Assembly (NCBI GenBank): GCA_026417995.1
Contig: JAOACF010000003.1
Location: 1,737-65,736, forward strand
From: Negativicutes bacterium
GTDB taxonomy: Bacteria; Bacillota; Negativicutes; Sporomusales; JAOACF01
Direction: 5' to 3'
Length of the DNA: 64,000 nt
Below, piece after piece: positions 52,584-63,297 of this stretch; within the stretch, counting starts at the first letter, position 1, and every line of letters starts with the position of its first letter. The notes beneath the pieces are model-generated. The model had not been told where the DNA came from, made no database searches, and saw only the letters and a program-made list of their open reading frames with translations. The position numbers and the translations under genes were made by a program.

Positions 52584-54809
52584 ATGAACGAATGGTACGG
52601 CTTTCAGCAGGGTTTGTGGCAAAGGGAAATCAACGTCAGAGACTTTATTCAGCGTAATTACCGGCCTTATACAGGGGACGGCGCTTTTTTAGCGCCGCCG
52701 ACAGAAAAAACGAAGCGTTTGTGGCGGCGCTGCCTTGACCTTTTAGCTGCCGAACGCGCCCGGGGCGGGGTACTCGACATTGATACATCGGTGGTGTCGA
52801 CAATCACAGCTCACGGCGCCGGCTATATTCAACCGGAAGATGAAATCATTGTCGGCCTGCAAACCGACCAGCCGTTAAAGCGCAGCATTATTGCCAGCAC
52901 CGGCATCCGCTTGGCGGAGCAGGCGTGCGAGGCATATGGCTATCAGCTTGATCCGGCAATCAGTGAAATTTATCATAAGCACCGGATAACGCATAATAGC
53001 GCCGTGTTCAGCGCTTATACCGAGGAGATGCGGCAAGCGCGCCGGCTGGGCTTGATCACCGGCCTGCCGGATGCTTACGGCCGGGGGCGGATTATCGGTG
53101 ATTACCGCCGTGTGGCGCTATACGGCATTGACCTGCTTGCGGCGAATAAGCGACAGGATTTGCAGGAATTGGCTGCACGGCCGATGTCGGAAGAGGTTAT
53201 CCGGCAGCGTGAAGAATTGGCGATGCAGCTGGCGGCGCTTGATGATATGGCGGCGATGGCGGACGGATACGGGTTTAACATCCGGCGGCCGGCCCAAACG
53301 GCCCGCGAAGCCGTTCAATGGCTGTATTTTGCATATTTGGCGGCAATTAAGGAACAAAACGGCGCCGCAATGTCTTTGGGCCGGGTAGCTACATTTCTTG
53401 ATATTTACCTGGAACGTGATTTGCGGGCCGGTCTCATTGACGAAGAAACAGCGCAAGAGCTGATTGATCAACTGGTAATTAAGCTGCGTCTTGCCCGGCA
53501 CCTGCGCACGCCCGATTATAACGAGCTTTTTGCCGGCGATCCGCTATGGATAACCGAAGCGCTTGGCGGCATGGGAATAGACGGACGTCCTCTTGTAACC
53601 CGGACATCTTTTAGGGTTTTAAATACTTTGTACAACTTGGGGCCTGCGCCCGAGCCCAACCTGACTGTATTGTGGTCGGACAAACTGCCGGAGGGCTTCA
53701 AAAAGTTCTGCGCCAAGGTATCCGTTGATACCAGCGCGATCCAATATGAGAACGATGAGTTGATGCGCCCGCTGTATGGGGATGATTATGGCATCGCCTG
53801 TTGCGTTTCTGCCATGCGGCTGGGAGGGCAAATGCAATTTTTCGGCGCCCGCGTCAATTTACCCAAAGCGTTGCTGTTGGCAATTAATGGCGGGCGTGAC
53901 GAAATTACCGGCGAGAGGATCGGGCCGGCGTTGCCTGTGCCGGCAGGGGAGTATCTTGACTATGCGACAATACGGCGAAACTATTCTGCGGTATTACAAT
54001 GGCTGGCCGGTCTTTATGTAAATACTATGAATCTAATTCACTACATGCATGATAAATATTCCTACGAGCGCGCGCAAATGGCGCTGCACGATACGGCGGT
54101 TGAACGCCTAATGGCGTTCGGTGTGGCCGGGTTATCGGTGGTGGCCGATTCGCTCAGCGCCATTCGGTATGGACAGGTGAAGGCGCTGCGCGACGAGAGG
54201 GGCATTGCCGTCGGCTTTGCTGCCGAGGGGGAGTTTCCTTGCTACGGCAACAATGATGCGCGGGTTGACGGCATGGCCGCTGAACTTGTCGCCGAGTTCT
54301 CGCAGAAGCTTAAGCAATACCCTGTCTACCGGGGGGCGCAGCATACTCTGTCAGTGCTGACGATCACTTCGAATGTCATGTATGGCCAAAAGACCGGCGC
54401 AACACCCGATGGCCGGAAAGCCGGCCAGGCGTTCGCTCCGGGCGCAAATCCCATGCATGGCCGGGATCGCCTGGGAGCGCTGGCGGCTATGAGTTCGCTA
54501 ACCAAACTGTCCTATCAGGATTGCCGGGACGGCATTTCCTATACATTTTCTATTATTCCCGATGCATTGGGAAAATCGGCAGAACAGCGCTCCGGTAACT
54601 TGATTGCGCTGCTGGACGGCTATGTTAAGCTGGGAGGACACCATATCAATGTCAATGTGCTGGATCGGTCGCTGCTGGAAGACGCCATGCGTAATCCCGA
54701 GAGTTATCCCCAGCTTACGGTAAGGGTATCCGGCTATGCGGTCAACTTTATCAAACTTTCGCCGGAGCATCAAAGGGAAGTGATTAGCCGCACCTTTTAT
54801 GCGGGCTAA
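52584..54809 (+). CDS. pflB: Formate C-acetyltransferase (pyruvate formate-lyase)
   Basis: Start trimmed to [29 protein letters not shown]. Active-site IACCVS. Glycyl radical motif RVSGYAV. Confidence 0.93.
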   Translation: MNEWYGFQQGLWQREINVRDFIQRNYRPYTGDGAFLAPPTEKTKRLWRRCLDLLAAERARGGVLDIDTSVVSTITAHGAGYIQPEDEIIVGLQTDQPLKRSIIASTGIRLAEQACEAYGYQLDPAISEIYHKHRITHNSAVFSAYTEEMRQARRLGLITGLPDAYGRGRIIGDYRRVALYGIDLLAANKRQDLQELAARPMSEEVIRQREELAMQLAALDDMAAMADGYGFNIRRPAQTAREAVQWLYFAYLAAIKEQNGAAMSLGRVATFLDIYLERDLRAGLIDEETAQELIDQLVIKLRLARHLRTPDYNELFAGDPLWITEALGGMGIDGRPLVTRTSFRVLNTLYNLGPAPEPNLTVLWSDKLPEGFKKFCAKVSVDTSAIQYENDELMRPLYGDDYGIACCVSAMRLGGQMQFFGARVNLPKALLLAINGGRDEITGERIGPALPVPAGEYLDYATIRRNYSAVLQWLAGLYVNTMNLIHYMHDKYSYERAQMALHDTAVERLMAFGVAGLSVVADSLSAIRYGQVKALRDERGIAVGFAAEGEFPCYGNNDARVDGMAAELVAEFSQKLKQYPVYRGAQHTLSVLTITSNVMYGQKTGATPDGRKAGQAFAPGANPMHGRDRLGALAAMSSLTKLSYQDCRDGISYTFSIIPDALGKSAEQRSGNLIALLDGYVKLGGHHINVNVLDRSLLEDAMRNPESYPQLTVRVSGYAVNFIKLSPEHQREVISRTFYAG

Positions 54810-54834
54810 ATCCGGCTGTAGCGGAGGTAATACT

Positions 54835-55560
54835 TTGAACGGCTACTGTCATTCACGCGAAACTTTCGGCACGGTTGATGGCCGGGGCATTCGCTATGTA
54901 TTGTTTCTGGCGGGATGTTCTTTGGGATGCGTTTTTTGCCATAATCCGGATACATGGCATCAGGGCGGGCAGAGGATCACCGTGCAGGAAGTGCTTGCAG
55001 ATTATGCCAGCTACCGGATTTTTTACGATGCGTCGGGCGGCGGCATCACGGCGAGCGGCGGCGAGCCGCTTAAGCAAGCGGAGTTTGTTGCGGCGTTGTT
55101 TGCCGCGTGCCGCCGGGAGAATATTCATACTACGCTTGATACCGCAGGCTATGCCGATGCCGGACAAGTAAAAATGGTGCTTGAGGTAACCGATGAGGTG
55201 TTGTTTGGGTTAAAGGCCGTATGCCCCGAGGTTCACCGGCGAATTACCCGCGCCGATAATGCGCGCATTCTGCAAAACCTGCGCGATATTGCCGCAAGCG
55301 GCGTTCCGCTGCGTATTCGCTATATTCTTCTGCCGGGAATTAATAACCGGGCCGAAGATCTGGCAGCGCTTGCCGCGCTAATTACGGAAATTTCCGGCTG
55401 CCTGTCGCTAGAACTGCTGCCGTATCATACCATGGGCCGCCAGAAATGGCAGCGGCTTGGCATGCCTTATCGCCTTGCGGCTACGGCCGCCGCAACCGCA
55501 GATGATGTTGAACGGGCGAAAGAAGAGCTGCGCCGGCTTGGTATCGGAAACTTGCAATAA
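54835..55560 (+). CDS. pflA: Pyruvate formate-lyase activating enzyme (radical SAM)
   Basis: TTG 54835 after GGAGGT. GCSLGCVFCHNPDTW (CX3CX2C). Confidence 0.9.
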   Translation: MNGYCHSRETFGTVDGRGIRYVLFLAGCSLGCVFCHNPDTWHQGGQRITVQEVLADYASYRIFYDASGGGITASGGEPLKQAEFVAALFAACRRENIHTTLDTAGYADAGQVKMVLEVTDEVLFGLKAVCPEVHRRITRADNARILQNLRDIAASGVPLRIRYILLPGINNRAEDLAALAALITEISGCLSLELLPYHTMGRQKWQRLGMPYRLAATAAATADDVERAKEELRRLGIGNLQ

Positions 55561-55623
55561 TAATCCGGATACTCTACAATATAAAGGTTAATAACTATAT
55601 CAAAACACAAGGTGGATAGATAC

Positions 55624-56730
55624 ATGAGCACTAATCTGGAGGTCGGCATTGTCGGTCTGCCCAATGTCGGTAAAAGCACTCTTTTCAATGCGATTACCAA
55701 AGCAGGCGCGGAAGCCGCCAATTATCCGTTCTGCACAATCGAGCCCAATGTCGGGGTTGTGGAGGTGCCGGACGAGCGTTTGGACAAACTGGCCGAAATG
55801 TATAAGTCCAAACGGATTGTGCCGGCGGCCATGCGGTTTGTCGATATTGCCGGGCTGGTCAAAGGAGCGGCGCAGGGAGAAGGTTTAGGCAACAAGTTTT
55901 TGGCGCATATCCGGGAAGTGGACGCCATCGCGCAAGTGGTGCGTTGTTTTGCCGATGACAATATTACCCACGTAGAGGGCGGGCTTAACCCTTTGCGCGA
56001 TATTGAGATCATTAATACTGAATTGTGCCTTGCTGACCTTGAGACGCTGGAAAAACGCATTGACCGGGCCCATAAGCAAATCAAAGGCGGCGACAAAAAG
56101 GCGCAGGCGGAAATTGCCGTGCTCCTCAGGATTAAAGAAGTGCTGGAGCAGGCGCAGTCGGCGCGCCGCACCGAGATGACGGCGGAAGAGGCCGAACTGA
56201 TCAAGGATTTGAATTTGATGACGCTTAAGCCGGTTATTTTTGTCGCCAATGTCAGCGAGGAGGAAGTTGCCAATCCTGACGCCAATCCCTACGTGCAGAC
56301 GGTCAAGGCGTACGCCGCCCAGGAAGGCGCGGAGGTTGTGGTCGTCAGCGCCAAGGTTGAGGCTGAAATCGCCGAGCTCAGCCCGGAGGAGGCGGCCGAA
56401 TTCTTAGCGGCTTTGGGCCTTAGTGAATCAGGCTTGGATAAACTTATTAGAGCATCCTTTAAATTATTGGGCCTGATGACCTTCCTTACCGCCGGGGAGC
56501 AGGAAACACGGGCATGGACGATCCGCAAGGGAACCAAAGCGCCGCAGGCCGGCGGCAAGATTCATAGCGACATTGAGCGGGGCTTTATCCGGGCGGAAAT
56601 CATCTCGTACGATGGCCTGATGCGCGCCGGCAGTCCTGCCGCCGCCCGCGAGCAGGGATTGGTGCGCCTGGAAGGGAAGGACTATATAATGCAGGACGGC
56701 GATGTGACGTATTTTCGCTTTAATGTGTAA
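55624..56730 (+). CDS. ychF: Ribosome-binding ATPase YchF
   Basis: VGIVGLPNVGKSTLFNAIT...ANYPFCTIEPN. Confidence 0.95.
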   Translation: MSTNLEVGIVGLPNVGKSTLFNAITKAGAEAANYPFCTIEPNVGVVEVPDERLDKLAEMYKSKRIVPAAMRFVDIAGLVKGAAQGEGLGNKFLAHIREVDAIAQVVRCFADDNITHVEGGLNPLRDIEIINTELCLADLETLEKRIDRAHKQIKGGDKKAQAEIAVLLRIKEVLEQAQSARRTEMTAEEAELIKDLNLMTLKPVIFVANVSEEEVANPDANPYVQTVKAYAAQEGAEVVVVSAKVEAEIAELSPEEAAEFLAALGLSESGLDKLIRASFKLLGLMTFLTAGEQETRAWTIRKGTKAPQAGGKIHSDIERGFIRAEIISYDGLMRAGSPAAAREQGLVRLEGKDYIMQDGDVTYFRFNV

Positions 56731-56859
56731 TTACTGGGCTGAGGCTAAGCGTTGTCTAGCCGTCCGCCCATAAAGGCAGGCTGCATTTCTGAACGCAAAA
56801 GCATAAGAACTGCGCACTTGCCGGCCTATTTATTGTTCGAATAAAGACTTACTAAACCG

Positions 56860-56889
56860 TTGCATTTTCCAGCCTGTCAGTGGTATAAT
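56860..56889 (+). promoter_or_regulatory. Extended -10 sigmaA promoter of rpsF-ssb-rpsR
   Basis: TTGCAT, 18 nt spacer, TGgTATAAT. Confidence 0.6.
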
Positions 56890-56985
56890 ATATCAGTCTA
56901 GGACAATCTAGAGTACCGGCTCTATTTTGAACCTTCCCTGCCCCTGATGCCGGGGGCCATAAGTCCATAGGAGGAGGTGATTTCG

Positions 56986-57270
56986 TTGAGAAAGTACGAA
57001 GTCATATTCATCGTGAAGCTGATGGAAGAAGAGGCTATCAACGAGGTTGTTGCCAAGTTTGAGAACCTCATCAAGAACAATGGCGGTAACGTTGAGAAGA
57101 TCGACCGTTGGGGCAAAAAGCGCCTGGCCTACGAAATTAAAGATGTGAACGACGGCTATTACGTTCTGTTCAACATCACAGCCGAACCGAAAACGGTGGC
57201 TGAGATCGACCGGGTTATGAAGATTACCGACGAGATCTTAAAGCATATGATTATTAAATTGGACGATTAA
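56986..57270 (+). CDS. rpsF: 30S ribosomal protein S6
   Basis: TTG 56986 after AGGAGGAGGTG. RKYEVIFIV...IDRWGKKRLAYEI. Confidence 0.93.
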   Translation: MRKYEVIFIVKLMEEEAINEVVAKFENLIKNNGGNVEKIDRWGKKRLAYEIKDVNDGYYVLFNITAEPKTVAEIDRVMKITDEILKHMIIKLDD

Positions 57271-57287
57271 GGCCAGGGGGAATCACC

Positions 57288-57686
57288 ATGAACAAGGTTA
57301 TATTGGTCGGCAGGCTCACCCAGGATCCCGAAATTCGCTATACGCAGACCGGTAAAGCGGTAGCATCCTTCACTGTCGCAGTGAACCGTTTCGTTAGCCA
57401 GGGCAGGAGCGAAGCCGATTTTATCCCGGTTGTGGTCTGGGATAAACTGGCCGAAGTTTGCGGTAATAATCTTACCAAAGGACAGCGTGTATTAGTCGAA
57501 GGCCGGCTGCAAATCCGTTCGTATGAGGGAAATGACGGCCAAAAGCGCCGCGTGGCCGAAGTGGTCGCCCAGAACATCGAGTTTTTGGAGCGCAAGCAGG
57601 CCGCTGAAGGCGGCGGAGGCAATAAAGACTTTAACGTCAATACCTTTGGCCCTGATGTCTTCCCTGAAGAAGAGATTCCATTTTAA
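57288..57686 (+). CDS. ssb: Single-stranded DNA-binding protein
   Basis: MNKVILVGRLTQDPEIRYT, C-terminal EEEIPF tail. Confidence 0.93.
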   Translation: MNKVILVGRLTQDPEIRYTQTGKAVASFTVAVNRFVSQGRSEADFIPVVVWDKLAEVCGNNLTKGQRVLVEGRLQIRSYEGNDGQKRRVAEVVAQNIEFLERKQAAEGGGGNKDFNVNTFGPDVFPEEEIPF

Positions 57687-57702
57687 GGGAGGTTAGGACA
57701 CG

Positions 57703-57933
57703 GTGAAACGTGAAAGAGGCAGAAAACCGAAGAAAAAAGTCTGCAGCTTCTGCGTCGATAAAGTAGAAGCCATTGACTATAAAGACGTTCCCAAACTGCG
57801 CCGTTACACCACCGAACGCGGCAAGATCCTTCCCCGCCGCATTTCGGGCAACTGCGCCAAGCATCAACGCCAATTGACGCTTGCCATCAAACGTGCCCGC
57901 AACATCGCGTTGCTGCCGTTTACAGCGGAATAA
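57703..57933 (+). CDS. rpsR: 30S ribosomal protein S18
   Basis: [45 protein letters not shown]. Confidence 0.93.
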   Translation: MKRERGRKPKKKVCSFCVDKVEAIDYKDVPKLRRYTTERGKILPRRISGNCAKHQRQLTLAIKRARNIALLPFTAE

Positions 57934-57950
57934 AGATACTGCTGCATTGA

Positions 57951-57984
57951 AGAGACGCCAATAAACCGGCGTCTTTTTATTTTG
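57951..57984 (+). terminator. Intrinsic terminator after rpsR
   Basis: AGAGACGCC-AATAAACC-GGCGTCTTT followed by TTATTTT. Confidence 0.8.
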
Positions 57985-58063
57985 CCTGATAACAGCGACT
58001 GAGAGGGTTTTTGTTCAATTCATGGAATATTTGTTTAATGAACAATAATATAAGGAGAGAGCG

Positions 58064-59095
58064 ATGATGGCAAAATGGGTATCTTGGGCGCTTATTGCTT
58101 TGCTGGCGGTCATGGCCGCGCTGGTCGGCGGCTGCGGTTCGGGCCAGCCAGCTGGGTCGGGCCAGCCGCAGAAGCTGACGCTGTACTGTGGCCTTATGGA
58201 AGATCACATGGTCAAAGCGATTAAACAGTTCGAAAAGGAAACCGGCATCAAGGTTGAGGCCGTACGGATGAGTTCGGGCGAAATTCTGGGTCGCATCCAA
58301 GCCGAGAAAAACAATCCCAAGGCTTCGGTGTGGTTTGGCGGACCGGCCGACGGCTTTATCCAAGCCAAAGAATTCGGTCTTTTGGAGAAGTACGTGTCGC
58401 CCAACGCAGGCAAAATTCCTGCACAGTTTAAGGATGCAGAAGGATACTGGACGGGAATTTATGTAGGGTATCTCGGCTTTGTTTCTAACCAAAAGCTTCT
58501 GGGCGAGAAAGGCGTACAGGCGCCGCAAAGCTGGGAAGATCTGCTGAAGCCTGAGTTTAAAGGACAAGTCGTTATGGCCAATCCGGGTTCCTCGGGCACG
58601 GCGTATACCATGCTGGCCTCGATCGTGCAGATGATGGGCGAGGAAAAAGGACTTGAATATATGAAAAAACTAAACGGCCAAATCAAGACCTATCCCAAAT
58701 CCGGCACGGCGCCGGGACGGATGGTGGGGCAGGGCGAGGCTACCGTAGGCATTACCTTCTTGCATGACGCCATTAAATACCGCGAGGAAGGCATGAAGGA
58801 CATCGTTCTGTCAGCGCCGAAGGAAGGAACCGGCTACGAAATCGGCGCGGTCGCCATTATCAAGGGCGGACCGGATCAGGCGGCTGCCAAAAAGTTCATC
58901 GACTGGTGTCTGACCAAGCAGGGACAGGAAATCGGCCAACAGGCCGGCTCGTACCAGTTCCTGACGAACCCTGAAGCCGCTCCGCCCAAGCAGGCGGCCG
59001 AAATCAAGGACACCAAACTGATTAACTACAATCTCGACTGGGCGGGCAAAAATCGCAACGCGCTGGTGGAGAAGTGGAGCAACGCGATTAAGTAA
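58064..59095 (+). CDS. ABC transporter substrate-binding lipoprotein, Fbp/Pot (family 1) type; substrate unknown
   Basis: Lipobox LVGGCGSG. LTLYCGLMEDHMVKAIKQFEKETGIKVE.... Confidence 0.8.
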   Translation: MMAKWVSWALIALLAVMAALVGGCGSGQPAGSGQPQKLTLYCGLMEDHMVKAIKQFEKETGIKVEAVRMSSGEILGRIQAEKNNPKASVWFGGPADGFIQAKEFGLLEKYVSPNAGKIPAQFKDAEGYWTGIYVGYLGFVSNQKLLGEKGVQAPQSWEDLLKPEFKGQVVMANPGSSGTAYTMLASIVQMMGEEKGLEYMKKLNGQIKTYPKSGTAPGRMVGQGEATVGITFLHDAIKYREEGMKDIVLSAPKEGTGYEIGAVAIIKGGPDQAAAKKFIDWCLTKQGQEIGQQAGSYQFLTNPEAAPPKQAAEIKDTKLINYNLDWAGKNRNALVEKWSNAIK

Positions 59096-59101
59096 GTAAA
59101 A

Positions 59102-59130
59102 AGAAAGTCCATCGCTATGATGGACTTTCT
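59102..59130 (+). other. Intercistronic hairpin between the SBP and permease genes
   Basis: AGAAAGTCCATC-GCTAT-GATGGACTTTCT (12-bp perfect stem). Confidence 0.6.
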
Positions 59131-59155
59131 ATATGCACTACGTGGAGGTGAAGCC

Positions 59156-60799
59156 ATGCAGGCTGTCCGGAGAGATCCTGTCCTGGCCGGAACGATTGCT
59201 ATTGTTATTGTGTCGCTGCTCTTGTTCATTGTATGGCCTATTTATGCGGTCTTAAAAGAAAGCTTTATCAGCCAGCAAGGGCTATTCACGCTGGATTATT
59301 ACCGTGAGGCCTTTCGCCAGTCGGAAAATGTACGGGTGCTGGTCAATACGCTCTGGATTGGCTTATTTGTCAGCTTGTTCAGCACGGCGATCGGCTTTCT
59401 CTTTGCCTACGCCGATGCGTACCTAAAAATCCGCTTTAAAAGCATCTTTAACATATTGGCAATACTGCCGATCATTTCGCCGCCGTTCGCCCTATCTATG
59501 TCTTTCATTATGCTGTTCGGGCAGCGCGGCTTCATCACGTATCACTTGCTGGGAATTAAGGATGCCAACGTCTATGGCTTTGCCGGACTGGCGGCCGTGC
59601 AAATTCTCACCTTTTTTCCCATAGCCTATCTAGTGCTGGCCGGCCTTTTGCGTCAGATTGATCCGTCCTACGAAGAAGCGGCACAAAACATGGGGGCATC
59701 GCGCTGGCGAATCTTTCGCACGGTTACGCTGCCGCTGGTTGTACCGGGGATTGCCAACAGCTTTTTGCTGGTATTTATTCAGACGGTGGCCGATTTTGGC
59801 AATGCGATGGTTATCGGCGGCAACTACACTACGCTCGCGGCCAAGATTTATCTGCAGGCGATGGGAAACTACGATGTCAAAGGCGGAACGGCGCTGGCAA
59901 CCATCCTGCTCAGCATCTCGGTCATTATGTTTGTTATGCAGAAATATTGGGTGGGAGAAAAGTCCTACGTAACGGTTACCGGCAAGCCTTCACGCGAGCG
60001 GCAGCTTATTAGCGACGGCAAAGTGGTTTGGCCGGTCGGGCTGGCGTGTTTTTTCATCAGCGCTTTTATCTTGCTGCTGTACATCCTCATTCCGTACGGT
60101 TCGGTTGTCAATCTGTGGGGCATCGACTTCACCCCTACGCTGAAGCACTATGAATATGTATTTTCCCTGGGCCTGAAGCCAATTATTGACACCACCTATC
60201 TTTCGCTGCTCTCCATGCCGATCACCGGCATTCTCAGCATGATTATCGCTTTTCTGATAGTCCGGAAAAAGTTTTTCGGCCGGTCAATGGTGGAGTTCAC
60301 CTCGATGCTGTCGATGGCGGTTCCAGGCACAGTTATCGGCATGGGCTATATCCTGGCTTACAACGGGCCGCCGCTGGTGCTGACAGGCACGGCGACAATC
60401 ATTGTCTTCTCCTTCATTTTCCGGAATATGCCGGTGGGCATTCGGGCCGGCGTGGCTTCGCTCCGGCAGATTGATCCTGCCATTGAGGAAGCGGCGCAGG
60501 ATCTGGGGGCCAGTTCTTATAAAGTTTTTACTTCCGTGACCATCCCCTTGATTAAGTCCGCCTTCTTCAGCGGGCTGGTGTATAGCTTTGTCCGCAGCAT
60601 GACGGCGGTCAGCGCGGTTATCTTTCTGGTGTCGGCAAGCTACAACCTGCTGACGGTTGCGATCATGGGACAGGTGGATGTCGGGCGTATCGGGGTAGCC
60701 GCAGCGTATTCGACCATTTTGATTATTATTGTACTGGCGGTAACCGGAGCACTTAAACTCATTCTCGGACGGATGGGCATAGCGGTTGCCGATATGTAA
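59156..60799 (+). CDS. ABC transporter permease, duplicated (two MetI-like halves)
   Basis: ATG 59156 after GGAGGTG. Two EAA-type loops (YEEAAQNMGASRWRIFRTVTLP and IEEAAQDLGASSYKVFTSVTIP). Confidence 0.85.
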   Translation: MQAVRRDPVLAGTIAIVIVSLLLFIVWPIYAVLKESFISQQGLFTLDYYREAFRQSENVRVLVNTLWIGLFVSLFSTAIGFLFAYADAYLKIRFKSIFNILAILPIISPPFALSMSFIMLFGQRGFITYHLLGIKDANVYGFAGLAAVQILTFFPIAYLVLAGLLRQIDPSYEEAAQNMGASRWRIFRTVTLPLVVPGIANSFLLVFIQTVADFGNAMVIGGNYTTLAAKIYLQAMGNYDVKGGTALATILLSISVIMFVMQKYWVGEKSYVTVTGKPSRERQLISDGKVVWPVGLACFFISAFILLLYILIPYGSVVNLWGIDFTPTLKHYEYVFSLGLKPIIDTTYLSLLSMPITGILSMIIAFLIVRKKFFGRSMVEFTSMLSMAVPGTVIGMGYILAYNGPPLVLTGTATIIVFSFIFRNMPVGIRAGVASLRQIDPAIEEAAQDLGASSYKVFTSVTIPLIKSAFFSGLVYSFVRSMTAVSAVIFLVSASYNLLTVAIMGQVDVGRIGVAAAYSTILIIIVLAVTGALKLILGRMGIAVADM

Positions 60800-60811
60800 G
60801 GGGGATGGCGG

Positions 60812-61879
60812 ATGAGTTCGAAAAACGTGCTTTTAAAAAATGTGGTAAAAATATATAAAGGCCAGGGGAAAAAGGATGTCGTAGCCGTCAACAATGTCTC
60901 GCTGGAGATTAAGGCAGGGGAGTTTGTAACACTCTTAGGCCCGTCTGGCTGCGGCAAGACGACGCTACTGCGCATAATCGCCGGGTTTGAGACACCAACT
61001 GGCGGTGAAGTGTATATCGGCGGCGAAAATGTGACCCAAATTACGCCCGACCGGCGGGATACGGCGATGGTGTTCCAAAGCTACGCCCTGTTCCCGCACC
61101 TGACCGTATACGAAAATGTTGCCTATGGCCTGCGCGTCAAAAAGCAGAGCGAGAGCCGCATTCGGCAAAGTGTGGCCGAAATGCTGGAACTGGTAGGGCT
61201 GACAGGCATGGAATCTCGCTACCCCAATCAACTGTCCGGTGGCCAGCAGCAGCGGGTGGCCTTGGCGCGTTCAATCGTCATGCGGCCGTCGGTGCTGCTG
61301 TTTGATGAACCGCTGAGCAACTTAGACGCCAAGCTCCGGGTGCATATGCGCGGTGAAATTCGGCGGTTGCAGCGGCAGGTGGGTATTACCGGCATTTATG
61401 TTACGCATGATCAGGCAGAAGCCATGAGCATGTCTGACCGGATCATTGTTATGAACAATGGCGTTGTAGAGCAAAGCGGTACGCCCCAAGAAATCTATTT
61501 AACGCCTGCTTCCGAGTTTGTCGCTGATTTTATCGGCATGGCCAACCTGGTGGACGCCGTTGTGGCCGAGGCAGGGGAAGGACAGGGCATCATTGATTTG
61601 TTGGGCGCCAAGTTCCGCATTTCCAGTCGCGGAGATCTCCGGTCCGGGGAAAAAGTCAGGGTTGTTATTCGCCCCGAGGCGGTGGCGCTTGCCGGTGACG
61701 GCGGTATCCCGGCCGTGGTTGAAACCTCAGTCTATATGGGCAGTTCGCAGGATTACCGGGTGCGTATTGACGGGCAGACAATCTCGGTTGTTGCCTATAA
61801 CCCGGATGAAAGCTTCCGGGAAGGCGACCGGGTGTACCTTCGCATTGATGAGCGGAAACTGCATGTTGTCCGGAAATAG
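60812..61879 (+). CDS. ABC transporter ATP-binding protein (PotA/FbpC-like)
   Basis: GPSGCGKTT, LSGGQQQRVALARS, and a C-terminal TOBE-like domain. Confidence 0.9.
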   Translation: MSSKNVLLKNVVKIYKGQGKKDVVAVNNVSLEIKAGEFVTLLGPSGCGKTTLLRIIAGFETPTGGEVYIGGENVTQITPDRRDTAMVFQSYALFPHLTVYENVAYGLRVKKQSESRIRQSVAEMLELVGLTGMESRYPNQLSGGQQQRVALARSIVMRPSVLLFDEPLSNLDAKLRVHMRGEIRRLQRQVGITGIYVTHDQAEAMSMSDRIIVMNNGVVEQSGTPQEIYLTPASEFVADFIGMANLVDAVVAEAGEGQGIIDLLGAKFRISSRGDLRSGEKVRVVIRPEAVALAGDGGIPAVVETSVYMGSSQDYRVRIDGQTISVVAYNPDESFREGDRVYLRIDERKLHVVRK

Positions 61880-61882
61880 CGG

Positions 61883-61916
61883 AACAAGCGAGAGGCGCGC
61901 CTCTCGCTTGTTTTCT
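61883..61916 (+). terminator. Intrinsic terminator after the ABC operon
   Basis: AACAAGCGAGAGGCG/CGCCTCTCGCTTGTT followed by TTC. Confidence 0.8.
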
Positions 61917-62006
61917 TGTCCTGCAAAATATGCCGGAGCGGTCAGGCAGGAAACAGCCGGACATATTTAGAATATATACCGTTACCGTTATGGGGAGGGA
62001 TTGCCT

Positions 62007-62315
62007 TTGAGTTCCCATGAATCAGAGATCGTGCGCAAACTGCGGCTTATTGAGTGGCTGAAGGCCGAGCTTGTCGGCAGCGTTGGCCGGGTTTTTTACG
62101 CTTTGGCGAAAAGCGGCGAGCACTCGATTGCCGAAGCTCTGGCGGCAGTTGTCGTCAACTGTTTTGCGCTGGGTAAACGGCTGGGTATTGATTATGCACA
62201 ACTGGATGAAGCAATTCAGGCTCGTTTGGAGCAAACTATAAGGCAGGAAACAGAAGTCGAAAAATGGTACGGAGATATGAGCGAACTGAGGCGCCATCTC
62301 CGCCAAAAGAGGTGA
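62007..62315 (+). CDS. Small helical protein, possibly MazG-like
   Basis: 102-104 aa. TTG 62007 is better spaced from GGGGAGGG than the track start at 62001. The family assignment is weak. Confidence 0.45.
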   Translation: MSSHESEIVRKLRLIEWLKAELVGSVGRVFYALAKSGEHSIAEALAAVVVNCFALGKRLGIDYAQLDEAIQARLEQTIRQETEVEKWYGDMSELRRHLRQKR

Positions 62316-62319
62316 ACCA

Positions 62320-63276
62320 ATGCAGCAGCAAAACCGTGTAAAAGCAATGGTAGAGGGCGGCGTACTGGCCGCGATCGCCATCATTTTTGCCATGATAAGC
62401 GCCTATCTGCCGCTTATCGGTCCGTTTATCAATCTAATCTGGCCTGTTCCCATCATTTTGCTCGGTGTCCGGCATGGGTATCAATGGAGTATTATGGCTA
62501 CGGCGGTGGCCGGCATTCTTATCGCTGTTTTGATGCACCCGCTGCACGCACTGGCAGTAGTGGTAGGATTCGGGTTAATCGGCATTACTCTTGGCCACGC
62601 CTTTCGCCATAAGTTTAGCCCGGTGAAGACACTGGCCTGGGGCGCGGCGGCCTCACTGGTATCGAAGGCCGCATCGCTGGCCATCACTATGGCGGTCGTT
62701 GGCGTAAATCCGCTGAACATGCAGGGTGATGTCATGGTCAAAGCAGCAGAGCAGGCCATCTCGTTCTACCGCAGCATGGGAATGCAGGAAGAAGATCTGG
62801 CGAAAATGTCCGAGACGATGAAGATGGCGCTTGAGCTTATGCAGGTCATTTTGCCGATCGGCTTTGTCGGCGCGGCGGTCGTGGATACCTATTTGAACTT
62901 CTGGGTTGCGCGGGCGGTGCTTCGCCGGATGGGGCAGTATATTGAAGGGTTTCCGCCGCTTAAGGAATGGAATCTCCCCCGTGCCACGATATATGTATAT
63001 ATCACGGCGATGGCAGCGGTATACTTAGGCAAAAGCCAAGATATCATACTATTATATAATATAGGTATAAATATGTATATCGCGGCGACACTTATCCTCG
63101 GCTTACAGGGGCTGGCGTTATTTTACTTCGTTGCCGAGAAATACAATTTGTCAAAGTTTGTGCGGGCCATTATACTGGTTTTGGTATTTGGCAACGGTTT
63201 TATGACGCAGGTGCTGATATTCGAAGCTATCTATGACATGATTACCGACTACCGCCGCTTGCGCGCGCCTCGCTGA
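62320..63276 (+). CDS. yybS: YybS family membrane protein (DUF2232)
   Basis: Polytopic membrane protein directly upstream of gdpP, as in Bacillus. Confidence 0.75.
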   Translation: MQQQNRVKAMVEGGVLAAIAIIFAMISAYLPLIGPFINLIWPVPIILLGVRHGYQWSIMATAVAGILIAVLMHPLHALAVVVGFGLIGITLGHAFRHKFSPVKTLAWGAAASLVSKAASLAITMAVVGVNPLNMQGDVMVKAAEQAISFYRSMGMQEEDLAKMSETMKMALELMQVILPIGFVGAAVVDTYLNFWVARAVLRRMGQYIEGFPPLKEWNLPRATIYVYITAMAAVYLGKSQDIILLYNIGINMYIAATLILGLQGLALFYFVAEKYNLSKFVRAIILVLVFGNGFMTQVLIFEAIYDMITDYRRLRAPR

Positions 63277-63297
63277 TGGCGCAGGAGGTATAGCGAC

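Noticed and set aside
56890-56985. S6:S18-binding rpsF leader structure.
   Set aside because: Small hairpins are visible (TCTAG-GACAA-TCTAGA; CCCC-TGATGCC-GGGG), but I cannot confirm the conserved CCG-bulge motif by eye. It needs a covariance-model search.
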